This document shows, one piece after another, positions 1 through 9,170 of a DNA stretch of 64,000 bases. Within the stretch, counting starts at the first letter, position 1; every line of letters begins with the position of its first letter. Source of the DNA: an uncultured Nitrososphaeria archaeon (GTDB taxonomy: Archaea > Thermoproteota > Nitrososphaeria_A > Caldarchaeales > Wolframiiraptoraceae); assembly GCA_964655015.1 (NCBI GenBank), contig CAZZKR010000011.1:21444-85443 (forward strand), read 5' to 3'. Below the pieces are notes generated by a model that was given only the letters and a program-made list of their open reading frames with translations, ran no database searches and was not told the origin of the DNA. The position numbers and the translations under genes are program-made.

Positions 1-1
1 G

Positions 2-211
2 GCGACAAAGCTTGCTAAACCATCAGGTGCTATCGTGCATTTTTATGGTGCTACAGAAGATGAGAATGCGGTAGAGACGGTCAAGGCCAACGTCAGTTCT
101 ATCATACAATCACTAGGCTTCGATTCCAAATTCCTCTGGGCTAAAGAATTGAAGGAAGTAGCTCCGAGGAAAGTCGTAGTTGCGTTGGATATTGCCATAT
201 GTATGCGCTAA
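2..211 (+). CDS. 3' end (69 codons) of a gene truncated by the window edge; product unknown
   Basis: Open frame from the window edge to TAA at 209-211. No start codon in the window and no recognisable motif. Confidence 0.3.
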   Translation, partial: ATKLAKPSGAIVHFYGATEDENAVETVKANVSSIIQSLGFDSKFLWAKELKEVAPRKVVVALDIAICMR

Positions 212-247
212 AGCTATATTTATGGAAAAATCGTAGATTACCCAGCT

Positions 248-2302
248 ATGGGCCTTGCGAAGCTGGCTAAGATCTCCATAATCGCGCCGAAGGCAGAGGT
301 CGAGGACGTCATCAAGGAGCTTTTCAAATTTGGAGATTTCCATCCGGTAGAACAGGAACATGATTCCATTGATAAAAATTTGGAGGAAATGTTAGAGAGG
401 GTTAAGAAGATTGAGTTAGCACTTGACATGATAATTAATGATTTTGGAATAAAGTCAGAGATTGGTGTCATCGATTCAATAATAAAGGGGGTCAAGGTTG
501 AGCGGCATACAATCGAGGCTGAGGACGTGAAGGGACTTGTGGATGCGTTGGAGTCCGAAGCAGGACCAATCATATCGGAGCTTAGGGAACTCTCCTCAAA
601 AATTGATTTAATAACGAAAGAGATACAGAAGAATGAAACACTTCTTTCCGTCTTAAGACTTTTGAAAGATTTACGCATAGCGCCGTCAGCTCTTTCAACT
701 TTGAGGAGAACTTATGCAGTCTTTGCCGTAGTGCCGATTAGGGACCTTCAAGAGATAAAGAGGAGCCTTCCAGAGGCCGCAATACTTCACGTCACTCTAA
801 CCAAGACGTTGAGTGCCACCCTCTTTGTGGCATCTGCTGAGGATGCAGAAAGGGTCGAAAGAGTTCTTAAGGGCTTCGGTGTAAAACCATTCACACTCCC
901 AGAGTGGCTGCCTGGAACAATCCCTGAGGCATACGCGACCGTTGAATCTAAGTTGGTCGAACTCAACGCAGAGCTATCCGATGTTAAACAAAAGTTGAAT
1001 TCAATATTGGAAAACTCAAAGGAAAAGATCTTATCACTAAAGGAGGGTGCAAGTATTCTTAAAGAATCGTTAGAAAGGCTAAAGACTACGGGTAGGTTAA
1101 AGAGGTTCGCTACGATTGAGGGTTATGTACCCTATGAGAAAAGCGGCGAGCTTGCCAGAATGTTTAGCGGCAAATATCCCGTTTACGTTTCAAAAGTGGA
1201 AACACTGCACACGGGCGAGCATGGTGCAGCCCACACTGAAAGCCCGCCCACGCTGCTTCACAATAGAGGTATTGCAAAGGTCTTTGAGAATGTTACGAAC
1301 ATACAAGGGTTGCCCGGCCATGGCGAAATAGACCCAACACCCTTTGTCGCACTCTTTTTCTCCATCTTCTACGGAATAATGTTCGCAGACTTCGGCCAAG
1401 GACTCGTGTTAATGATTTTCGGACTCTTCATGAGGATGAGGACCAAAGGTAGATTGAGAGATTGGGGTACGCTTTTGGCTGTACTCGGTTTATCGTCCAG
1501 CATTGCAGGCTTCCTGTTAGGCGAATGCTTCGGCTTCAAACTGTCCAACTGGGGCATAGCTTCACCAGAACTTGTGCATTTGGTGGAGGAGCATGCCGGC
1601 GTTAAGGAGCTTAATTTGGCAGCGGTCCAGAAACTTCTACAATTTACGATAATGCTCGGGATTATGCACCTAACCCTCGGCTACTCCCTTAGCGCATATA
1701 GACACATTAGGAACCGGGAATATTTGGAGGCCTTAACATCCAAAATCCCGACGATACTCATGTACATCTTCGGTGTACTCTTCGCCCTTGCGTTCTTTGG
1801 CGCTGGGGGCATCTCACAGATGTTAACATCCCAGAACCCAGCACCCTTCATAGGCCTTCCATCCTCGCTTGTTGGAACGATTGGTATGGGGGGCGGTATC
1901 GCATGCATTTTCGTCTTAATTTTGGGAAGACCTATTGCGAACATGTTAACCCGAAAGGGCGGCTTTGTGGGTGCTGCTGGTATGGGTTTGCTCGAGGTCT
2001 TGGAGAACATAATCCACTTCCTATCAAACACGATATCTTACGCTAGGCTCACAATATTACTAATTGTACATGTAGCTCTCCTGATGCTATTGAACAACGT
2101 TTGGTACGCGCTCGGTTTGCTGTCCTTGCCGATACTCATAATAGGAAACTTGGGCATAATGGCCCTAGAGGGTCTGATAGTCTTCATACAATCCCTAAGG
2201 CTCCATCTTTACGAGTTCTTCACGAAGTTCTTCGAAGGCAATGGCAAGCCCTTTAAAGGTCTAAGGTCTGAGACGACATACGTCGACATAAAGATAAAGT
2301 AA
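248..2302 (+). CDS. atpI: A/V-type ATP synthase subunit I (a-subunit)
   Basis: 684 aa. Hydrophilic coiled-coil N-terminal half, then a multi-TM C-terminal half with the conserved a/I-subunit arginine motif (NTISYARLTILLIVHVAL). ATG at 248. Confidence 0.85.
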   Translation: MGLAKLAKISIIAPKAEVEDVIKELFKFGDFHPVEQEHDSIDKNLEEMLERVKKIELALDMIINDFGIKSEIGVIDSIIKGVKVERHTIEAEDVKGLVDALESEAGPIISELRELSSKIDLITKEIQKNETLLSVLRLLKDLRIAPSALSTLRRTYAVFAVVPIRDLQEIKRSLPEAAILHVTLTKTLSATLFVASAEDAERVERVLKGFGVKPFTLPEWLPGTIPEAYATVESKLVELNAELSDVKQKLNSILENSKEKILSLKEGASILKESLERLKTTGRLKRFATIEGYVPYEKSGELARMFSGKYPVYVSKVETLHTGEHGAAHTESPPTLLHNRGIAKVFENVTNIQGLPGHGEIDPTPFVALFFSIFYGIMFADFGQGLVLMIFGLFMRMRTKGRLRDWGTLLAVLGLSSSIAGFLLGECFGFKLSNWGIASPELVHLVEEHAGVKELNLAAVQKLLQFTIMLGIMHLTLGYSLSAYRHIRNREYLEALTSKIPTILMYIFGVLFALAFFGAGGISQMLTSQNPAPFIGLPSSLVGTIGMGGGIACIFVLILGRPIANMLTRKGGFVGAAGMGLLEVLENIIHFLSNTISYARLTILLIVHVALLMLLNNVWYALGLLSLPILIIGNLGIMALEGLIVFIQSLRLHLYEFFTKFFEGNGKPFKGLRSETTYVDIKIK

Positions 2303-2353
2303 GCTTCATGAATAACGTAAAAGGTACCTTGTGGCCTAAACTTGAGAGTAACC

Positions 2354-3106
2354 TCACAAAAATATTGTGTCGAGTATCATCATGACGATAAAACCTATGA
2401 GAAAGCCGAACGTGGCCTCCAATTCATGCCCCCGCCTGTGGCTTTCTGGAATCACCTCATCGCTTACTACGTAAACCATGGCGCCTGCTGCGAAAGCTAA
2501 GGCCAGTGGGAGGACCTGACTCATGAAGGTAACCGTCAGAACACCTATGATGCCTCCAATGGGCTCAGCTAGACCGCTAAGTAATGCATACAAAGATGCC
2601 TTTCCTTTCCTTAAACCTACACTTATTAACGGAAAAGCTATTGCCATGCCCTCGGGTATGTTCTGTAGTGCTATAGCTATGGCTATTGTCGTGGCCAGTG
2701 CTAGGTCCCCTGAACCGAAGCCAACGCCGACCGCAAGACCTTCTGGAAAATTATGTATAATTACCGCAAGCACCATGAGGCTCACCGTAGAAAGTGTGCT
2801 CACCGGCCCTTCCGCTCCCTTTATAATATGAGTGTGGGGTACGTATCTATCTAAGACATAGACAAACGCGCTCCCAAAAACAAAACCTATTACCGCAATG
2901 AATACGCCTCCCACTTCTATCGCAGGAACGAGTAAGCTGAAAACCGAAGCCGCTATCATAACGCCACCAGCAAAACCTAATGCCGAATCAGTTATCTTAT
3001 GCGATACGGTTTTAAAGAATAAAACTGGTATGGCGCCTATTCCAGTCGCTAAGCCAACGACGAGGCTTGCCAAAATTCCTAGCTGTATTAACTCTATTTG
3101 CATCAT
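2354..3106 (-). CDS. ZIP-family divalent metal (Zn/Fe) transporter
   Basis: 250 aa polytopic membrane protein with ZIP signatures HNFPEGLAVG and QNIPEGMAIAFP. Confidence 0.8.
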   Translation of the reverse strand: MMQIELIQLGILASLVVGLATGIGAIPVLFFKTVSHKITDSALGFAGGVMIAASVFSLLVPAIEVGGVFIAVIGFVFGSAFVYVLDRYVPHTHIIKGAEGPVSTLSTVSLMVLAVIIHNFPEGLAVGVGFGSGDLALATTIAIAIALQNIPEGMAIAFPLISVGLRKGKASLYALLSGLAEPIGGIIGVLTVTFMSQVLPLALAFAAGAMVYVVSDEVIPESHRRGHELEATFGFLIGFIVMMILDTIFL

Positions 3107-3137
3107 TATGCATCAACCGCTCGTACGTTGTCACACT

Positions 3138-4667
3138 CTAACCGAGACTTCGTCGGAGCTTAGCAGCCGTAACTAGCGCCTGTTTTGCCTCGTCCGTCTT
3201 TCCTTCAGAGAATAAAATTATGAAATCGTTCGTGTAGTTCTCATGTCTTTTTGTAACAGAGCTGCTTGGTCCTATCTTTAACCCCATGTTTTCCTCTGCT
3301 ACCTTAACGTCTTCAATTAATAACGGAAGTGCAAACTCTACGAACTCTTTATCAAACGCCTCACTTTCTCGAATAGCTTCTAAATTTCTCCATGAGAAAA
3401 ATTCTGCTGCAGTCCTTAAGTCTTCCTTTATGTTCTTATACGCATCCAAAAGCGCACATTGTTCCTCCTCTTTTAAAGTTCTAAAAACTCTCAAGCCTAT
3501 GAATTCAGGCGGCAGGCCCAAAGAGTATAAGGAAGCAGTAAATGGTATCGCCCTCGGTAGAATTACGTCGCCTATCATCCTATTGTAGCCAAATAAACCG
3601 ATATGCAACCTTCTGGCCCTTCTTGCTGGCACAAGCCTCGAGATACTTTCGATGACCTTCGCAGCATGTAGCAAAAACTCATAGTACGCGTCTTTAAACT
3701 TAGATGCAACGGATAGGAGCGTTTGCTCTATTTGCGAAAAATCTTCAGCCTCACCTTTCGGTAGATTTCTATTCAGATATTCTACAACAGCTTTCGCATC
3801 GCTTTCAGGATAGTCGTATTTGAGTCCGCATTGTACTGTGACTGTACTCACGCCCTTATACTCTCTAACGAAGTTCGTTAGATTATTCGGCGAAAGATGG
3901 CCTCTGAAGGGCAAACTACCGACGCCTATAATGGGATATATGTTCACACCTTCTTTTTTGACGAGTGCCCAGATTTTAGAAAGTGCGATTTTTACTAGAA
4001 TTACTGATGGCACGAGTCCGTAGTGGAGGGCGGGATCGGATCTAGCGAGAAATACGCGCAGATATTTTGGAGAAGTTGCCTCTAGGAGTTTAAAAAGCAA
4101 ACTGTCTAAGCTTACCAAGCATGTCCACTCTTCGAACAAAGGTATTACATTTATGGATTTTGGTTGAATTTCTCCTACCAGTTCTTGCAGTGTAACGTCT
4201 GGAAAGTCGATCTTTACTTTCTCTATGTTGACCACGGCCTCAGAATATGTCCTCAAAACCTTCACGACATCCCTGTGACTACTAGTGAAAGGTAGTATAA
4301 CCTCAAAGACGGGTGCGTATTCTCCGTTTCCATAAAATTGTTTGGCCACGTCAAAATGCTTGGGTATTGCTTGAAGGGTTTCTAGGAATACTTTTTTCTC
4401 CACTTTTTCCAGCATTGGGTTTGGGATCCTGTAAGTGAGAAATACATCCCTGCCGAGAATCTTTTCTTTAAAGAAATCAGGATAACTTGTCAAAAGTTTC
4501 CTGACAACATGCGGGTCTATGTCTTTTCCTTCAGAGTCCCACATAACCTCCTGACAACCTAGGTTGCTATAGGCGTAGTATGCTTCGTAGACCTCTTTTT
4601 CACCTTCTATTACGTCCGAGTCGCACCAAAGAGGAATGGAGGCGTTATCGGGGTGTTGCGTTGACAT
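3138..4667 (-). CDS. ppcA: archaeal-type phosphoenolpyruvate carboxylase
   Basis: About 510 aa with overall resemblance to the archaeal PEPC family (start MSTQHPDN...). The ORF-track start at 4787 is rejected because it runs into tRNA-Lys. ATG at 4667 is used. Confidence 0.75.
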   Translation of the reverse strand: MSTQHPDNASIPLWCDSDVIEGEKEVYEAYYAYSNLGCQEVMWDSEGKDIDPHVVRKLLTSYPDFFKEKILGRDVFLTYRIPNPMLEKVEKKVFLETLQAIPKHFDVAKQFYGNGEYAPVFEVILPFTSSHRDVVKVLRTYSEAVVNIEKVKIDFPDVTLQELVGEIQPKSINVIPLFEEWTCLVSLDSLLFKLLEATSPKYLRVFLARSDPALHYGLVPSVILVKIALSKIWALVKKEGVNIYPIIGVGSLPFRGHLSPNNLTNFVREYKGVSTVTVQCGLKYDYPESDAKAVVEYLNRNLPKGEAEDFSQIEQTLLSVASKFKDAYYEFLLHAAKVIESISRLVPARRARRLHIGLFGYNRMIGDVILPRAIPFTASLYSLGLPPEFIGLRVFRTLKEEEQCALLDAYKNIKEDLRTAAEFFSWRNLEAIRESEAFDKEFVEFALPLLIEDVKVAEENMGLKIGPSSSVTKRHENYTNDFIILFSEGKTDEAKQALVTAAKLRRSLG

Positions 4668-4759
4668 GGTTTTTGGTATCAACCTTTGTTCGCTCAAACC
4701 ATCCACTCCTCCATATTGTGTCCCCTTTTTAACATTACTCGATTTTAGGAAGGAATTGT

Positions 4760-4868
4760 TGGCGGGCCCGGTGGGATTCGAACCCACGACCTATGGGTTA
4801 CTCCGTTAAACAAACCTAAGAGCCCACCGCTCTAGGCGGAACCCCCTACCTGGCTGAGCTACGGGCCC
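4760..4868 (-). tRNA. tRNA-Lys(CUU), with an 18-nt canonical 37/38 intron, a 14-nt extra insertion in the D-loop and a genomically encoded CCA
   Basis: Reverse complement reads GGGCCCG-TA-GCTC-AGCCAGGTA[GGGGGTTCCGCCTA]-GAGC-G-GTGGG-CTCTTA[GGTTTGTTTAACGGAGTA]A-CCCAT-AGGTC-GTGGG-TTCGAAT-CCCAC-CGGGCCC-G-CCA. The anticodon-loop intron folds as a BHB (CUCU/GGAG central helix, bulges UAG and UAA). Confidence 0.85.
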
Positions 4869-4894
4869 CCAGCTTTGGTGTTTTAAACACCTCA

Positions 4895-4902
4895 ATTATA
4901 AA
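4895..4902 (-). promoter_or_regulatory. TATA box for tRNA-Lys
   Basis: TTTATAAT on the minus strand, 27-34 nt upstream of the tRNA 5' end. Confidence 0.45.
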
Positions 4903-5005
4903 CTTATCCGAGCATACGAATAAAAATCTAGATGTTGGCCCGTATTCAAATACCGGTCAACCCAAGATGTATATATCGCCCTCTTGACCTCATGACTGGG
5001 TGCGT

Positions 5006-5398
5006 ATGGTTTTAGTCTTAATCGAGTTTAAAGGACTCGGTAGCGTTAAGGCTGAATTTATTGAACCTTTGAACCCCAAGACAATCGCTGCTATATTGAA
5101 AAGATTGCCCATAGAATCCAAGGCAATGAGGTGGGGAGATGAGGTATATTTTGAGACGCCGGTATCCGTTGACGAAGAGAACACAAAAACTATCATGGAA
5201 GTTGGTGAGATAGCATACTGGCCACCAGGAAGGGCCATAGCGATATTCTTCGGTCCTACGCCCGTCAGTCAGTCTGGCGAGCCGCGTGCATACAGCCCAT
5301 GCAACCCTATAGGCAAAGTAGTTGAAGGGATTGAGATTCTTAAGATGGTAAAAAGCGGAACGCCAGTAAAAGTTATGATGCTGTGTGAGGATAGATGA
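5006..5398 (+). CDS. cyclophilin-like domain protein (TM1367/PF04126-like)
   Basis: Motifs WGDEVYFETPV and YWPPGRAIAIFFGPTP resemble the TM1367 cyclophilin-like family. A GTG at 5000 is an alternative start. Confidence 0.7.
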   Translation: MVLVLIEFKGLGSVKAEFIEPLNPKTIAAILKRLPIESKAMRWGDEVYFETPVSVDEENTKTIMEVGEIAYWPPGRAIAIFFGPTPVSQSGEPRAYSPCNPIGKVVEGIEILKMVKSGTPVKVMMLCEDR

Positions 5399-5934
5399 GC
5401 GACGAAGTCTATGAGAAGGTCATAGAAAGCAAACTCGTCTATAAAGGCAGACTGTTTAATGTAAGGGTTGATAAAGTATCCACATCGTGGGGCAGAGTAA
5501 CCACTAGAGAAATAGTCGAACATCCGGGCGCAGTCGTTATAATTCCATTATTTCACAACGACTCAGTCGTTTTAGTTAGCCAATATAGGCACGCAGTCGG
5601 GAAAGTTCTCTTGGAGTTGCCCGCTGGAACTTTGGAAGTTGGAGAATGTCCTGAAAGATGTGCGCATAGGGAGCTTGAGGAGGAGACGGGTTATGTTGCT
5701 GGCAAAATGGAGAAAATAACTACATTGTATCTAGCGCCCGGCTATAGCACGGAAAAAGTCCACATCTACGTGGCCTCCGGCCTGAAAAAGGTCGGCCAGA
5801 AGCTTGAACCCGATGAAAAAATAAAGACTGTAATCCTAAAGATAGACGAAGCCGTGGACATGATTATAAAAGGTGAAATAGAGGATGCAAAAACGGTTGC
5901 GGGCATTATGCTACTGAAGAGGCTTATTTCTTAA
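5395..5934 (+). CDS. NUDIX hydrolase (ADP-ribose pyrophosphatase-like)
   Basis: Nudix box GTLEVGECPERCAHRELEEETGY. ATGA start/stop overlap with the upstream gene. Confidence 0.8.
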   Translation: MSDEVYEKVIESKLVYKGRLFNVRVDKVSTSWGRVTTREIVEHPGAVVIIPLFHNDSVVLVSQYRHAVGKVLLELPAGTLEVGECPERCAHRELEEETGYVAGKMEKITTLYLAPGYSTEKVHIYVASGLKKVGQKLEPDEKIKTVILKIDEAVDMIIKGEIEDAKTVAGIMLLKRLIS

Positions 5935-6894
5935 AAAATGATCCCATCCTTTGTATTCGATCGATATGCGCCTCCCCTCCCAGATGGCAGTTATGCCCTC
6001 TGATCTGGGAACTACCCTACCAATCTCTATTAGTTCTCTATTGATCGAGTTTAATGCCTTCTTTACTACTTCAAGATCATCACGACTAACGGTAAATACT
6101 AATTCGTACTCTTCACCACCGTAGAATACTAGGTTGAAGATATCTAACCCGTGTTTTTCAGCAAACTTTTTTGCCGCCATGTCAACTGGAGGTGTAGTTA
6201 CCTCGAAACCTACGCCGCTTTGCTTTGCCAATTCGTGAAGTGATGTAGCTAACCCATCGCTCGAATCTATGCATGAGGTCACATACTTTGCTAAAATCGG
6301 CCCCTCCTTGGATCTGGCCATGGGTCTTAAAACTGCATGCTTTAATGATTCGTCAACATCTTCGATACCTTTGAGTAAAGCATTGAGACCTGCTGCAGAT
6401 CTACCGAATAACCCGGTCGTCGCCAAAACATCCCCGACGCGTGCACCGCCTCTCGGCACAACCCTTTCCGCGGAACCTATGCCGACGCAAGATACGATGA
6501 CCTCCCGAGCTTCATTAGTATCGCCCCCAGCTATCGTGCCACCGTAACAATGTGCAGCTTTTTCCAAACCGCTCCAAAATGCCTCAAATTGCTCAAGGGT
6601 CATATCTCTTGGAAGGCCGAGAGAAATTAGGTAAAGTATAGGTGTCGCACCTTTAGCCGCAAGGTCACTTGCTACCATCGTAAGGGCTTTCCAACCAACG
6701 CTCTCCATATCCATACCAGGCGGAACGTCTGTTGATTCCACCAGCATATCTGTAGATACAACAAGCTTTCCCGTGAACTCGACTGCTACGGCATCATCAC
6801 CTTTTGGGAGTATGTGGTGCGGGCCTAAAGTTATCCTCGAAAGTATCCGTTCAACAAGACTTTTTTCACCTATATCTTGAAGCGTTTTGGACAA
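5911..6894 (-). CDS. thiL: thiamine-monophosphate kinase
   Basis: 327 aa AIR-synthase-related protein with N-terminal GDDAVAV motif and ThiL-like length and organisation. Confidence 0.7.
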   Translation of the reverse strand: MSKTLQDIGEKSLVERILSRITLGPHHILPKGDDAVAVEFTGKLVVSTDMLVESTDVPPGMDMESVGWKALTMVASDLAAKGATPILYLISLGLPRDMTLEQFEAFWSGLEKAAHCYGGTIAGGDTNEAREVIVSCVGIGSAERVVPRGGARVGDVLATTGLFGRSAAGLNALLKGIEDVDESLKHAVLRPMARSKEGPILAKYVTSCIDSSDGLATSLHELAKQSGVGFEVTTPPVDMAAKKFAEKHGLDIFNLVFYGGEEYELVFTVSRDDLEVVKKALNSINRELIEIGRVVPRSEGITAIWEGRRISIEYKGWDHFLRNKPLQ

Positions 6895-6954
6895 GCTTTA
6901 ATCGACCATAAAAAAGCCTCATCAGCCTCGTTATATCTTTGATTTTAAGCTAAC

Positions 6955-7704
6955 TTAATCGGCCTTAAACATCCTCGCTAGCATAGTTTTAATGCACCAT
7001 TTGAAGAATTTCCAAAACTCAGCGATACCAAGCTTGGATTTCCCCCGAAGTCTCGGCATGAAAACAAAAGGACATTCTACAATCTTGAATCCGTTTTTTA
7101 CTAACTCATAAATTATCTGGACTTGAAAAACGTATCCAGGGTCCAAATCTTCAAGCTTGACACGCCTTAGCACATCAGCTCTATATACCCTATAACCAGA
7201 CGTCACATCTTTCAGCTTAACGCCTGTCGCCAACCTCGCTAGTAGATTAGCACCCTTACTTATTACAGTCCTACTAAGGGATTCCCATCCCCAACCCCCA
7301 CCCTCCACATATCTCGATGCTATGACACAATCAGCATGTTTCTCCACTAAGAAGTCGAGCATAAGGGGCAACTTTTCTGGTGGATGCGAGCCATCAGCAT
7401 CCATTTCTGCTACGTATTCGACTTTTAACTTTTCTAAAGCTAAAGTGAAACCGTCCTTGTAAGCAGAGCCAAGCCCTAACTTTTGCGGCCTTCTTATGAC
7501 TACGACTTTGCGGTATTTTTCTTTAAAAGATTCAGCAACATCTGCAGTACCGTCTGGACTGTTATCATCGACTACGATTACCCAAACGTCCATATTGCTA
7601 TTCGATGCTGACGTGAACACCGATTCTAAGACTGTGCCTATGTTTTCCACCTCATTATAGGTTGGTATGACTACCGCGACGTTTCGCCCTTTCAAGCCCA
7701 TCAC
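6955..7704 (-). CDS. GT2 polyprenyl(dolichyl)-phosphate hexosyltransferase (Dpm1-like)
   Basis: VVIPTYNEVENI and VVDDNSPDGT motifs. Soluble about 250 aa GT2 catalytic domain. Confidence 0.75.
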   Translation of the reverse strand: MMGLKGRNVAVVIPTYNEVENIGTVLESVFTSASNSNMDVWVIVVDDNSPDGTADVAESFKEKYRKVVVIRRPQKLGLGSAYKDGFTLALEKLKVEYVAEMDADGSHPPEKLPLMLDFLVEKHADCVIASRYVEGGGWGWESLSRTVISKGANLLARLATGVKLKDVTSGYRVYRADVLRRVKLEDLDPGYVFQVQIIYELVKNGFKIVECPFVFMPRLRGKSKLGIAEFWKFFKWCIKTMLARMFKAD

Positions 7705-7757
7705 GTTGCCTAAGCTTAAGTTTAAGAATATCCGTCTATTGTGAAAACACTGGTAAA

Positions 7758-7766
7758 TTAATAAGT
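7758..7766 (+). promoter_or_regulatory. TATA box for tRNA-Thr
   Basis: TTAATAAGT ends 25 nt upstream of the tRNA 5' end. Confidence 0.45.
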
Positions 7767-7790
7767 TTCCATGCTGGACTCATTAAACGG

Positions 7791-7865
7791 GCCCCGGTAG
7801 CTCAGCCCGGTCGGAGCGGCCGCCTCGTAAGCGGCATGTCGCGGGTTCGAATCCCGCCCGGGGCT
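7791..7865 (+). tRNA. tRNA-Thr(CGU), no intron, no encoded CCA
   Basis: GCCCCGG-TA-GCTC-AGCCCGGTCG-GAGC-G-GCCGC-CTCGTAA-GCGGC-ATGTC-GCGGG-TTCGAAT-CCCGC-CCGGGGC-T. Clean 75-nt cloverleaf. Confidence 0.9.
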
Positions 7866-7911
7866 TCTGTACAACATCGCTTAATCGGAACCGTCCAGAA
7901 TCTTTTGGTAC

Positions 7912-8328
7912 TCATATGTTTGATGCTATGACTTTCTTAGGTATGAGTTTTATTATAACAGACTCGCCCTCCTCTATAGGGGCCATCCTTTTATACTGTT
8001 TATACTTTCTATAAAGTAGACGTCTTGCATATGCAAATTCTTCACCACCCTCGCAAATCTCAGCGGTACCTTGAATCATGAGGCTTTTTAATCGATTCCA
8101 ATTCTCATAATACACATCAACGAGCAACGTAGCCGAAGGGCCCCTCTTCAAATTCTTAACCTTTTTAGAGTTAGCCTCCGTGCCTATGTATATTGTCTTT
8201 CCGTCGAAAGCATAACATATAGGAACTAAGTGAACCGTTCCGTCTTCGGATATCGTTCCCAACCTTCCGACCCTCTGTTTTTTAAGAAAGCTCGCATGTT
8301 TTCTTTTCAATTCTATCAAAGTTATCAA
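7912..8328 (-). CDS. pyridoxamine 5'-phosphate oxidase-family (split-barrel FMN/F420-binding) protein
   Basis: 138 aa. N-terminal pattern GRLGTISEDGTVHLVPICYAFDG is typical of PPOX-class small flavin-binding proteins. Confidence 0.55.
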   Translation of the reverse strand: MITLIELKRKHASFLKKQRVGRLGTISEDGTVHLVPICYAFDGKTIYIGTEANSKKVKNLKRGPSATLLVDVYYENWNRLKSLMIQGTAEICEGGEEFAYARRLLYRKYKQYKRMAPIEEGESVIIKLIPKKVIASNI

Positions 8329-8390
8329 CCCTCTCGTACGTAGTCGTAAAAATATTATATTTATAAAACCATCGTAGTAAAGAATCCAGC

Positions 8391-9122
8391 ATGGAGCTTA
8401 CGGAAAGGGAACTGGAAAGATACAACAGACAAATTAGGCTCTTTGGTACGGAAGGTCAAAGTAAGCTGAAAGCCGCGAAGGTACTTGTAGCAGGAGTCGG
8501 AGGTCTTGGTACTGCGGCAGCTCTTTACTTGGCGGCAGCAGGTGTGGGCAAGCTTGTGTTGGTTGACAAAGATGTAGTCGAACTCAGCAATTTGAACCGT
8601 CAAATCCTATACACTACAGAGGATTTGGGAAAACCAAAGGCGGAGGTCGCAGCCAAGAGATTGAACTCATTAAATCCTGATATATCGATAGAGGCTTTAA
8701 CGCTCGAGATAAACGAGGAGAATGCGTCTGAAATCGTAAAGGGATGTAATGTTGTAGTAGACGGTCAGGATAATTATAAAATTAGATATGCGCTAAACGA
8801 TGCATGCATCTTACATAGAATACCCTTTGTACATGCTTCCGTGCATGCATACGAAGGTAGGCTGATGACGATTCTACCGGGTAAAGGACCGTGCTATAGG
8901 TGTCTCATACCCGTACCGCCGCCAGAAGTTAAGGGTTTTCCGATACTTGGCACGGTTCCAGGAACTATCTCGACGCTACAAGCTACAGAAGTGATTAAAA
9001 TCGTACTTGGTATAGGAAAGCTTTGCATTGGAAGGATGCTTGTATACGATGCTCTTGATATGGCATTCTATGAGATAAAGATTGAAAGAAATCCCGAATG
9101 CCCTTCATGCAGACTGCTTTAA
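8391..9122 (+). CDS. ThiF/MoeB/UbaA-type E1-like adenylyltransferase
   Basis: RYNRQI start, Rossmann VAGVGGLG, and two CxxC pairs (CYRC, CPSC). Confidence 0.8.
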   Translation: MELTERELERYNRQIRLFGTEGQSKLKAAKVLVAGVGGLGTAAALYLAAAGVGKLVLVDKDVVELSNLNRQILYTTEDLGKPKAEVAAKRLNSLNPDISIEALTLEINEENASEIVKGCNVVVDGQDNYKIRYALNDACILHRIPFVHASVHAYEGRLMTILPGKGPCYRCLIPVPPPEVKGFPILGTVPGTISTLQATEVIKIVLGIGKLCIGRMLVYDALDMAFYEIKIERNPECPSCRLL

Positions 9123-9170
9123 AAAAACGTTTATAAACATCAAAACTGAAAAATTGTATTGTGATTAAGT

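Noticed and set aside
113-361. 82-aa minus-strand ORF at the atpI 5' region.
   Set aside because: It overlaps both the upstream gene's 3' end and the atpI start, and no motif is present. Likely spurious.
4668-4787. N-terminal 40-codon extension of the PEP carboxylase ORF, as given in the ORF track.
   Set aside because: It overlaps the 3' part of tRNA-Lys. Homologue-like sequence begins at the internal ATG (4667).
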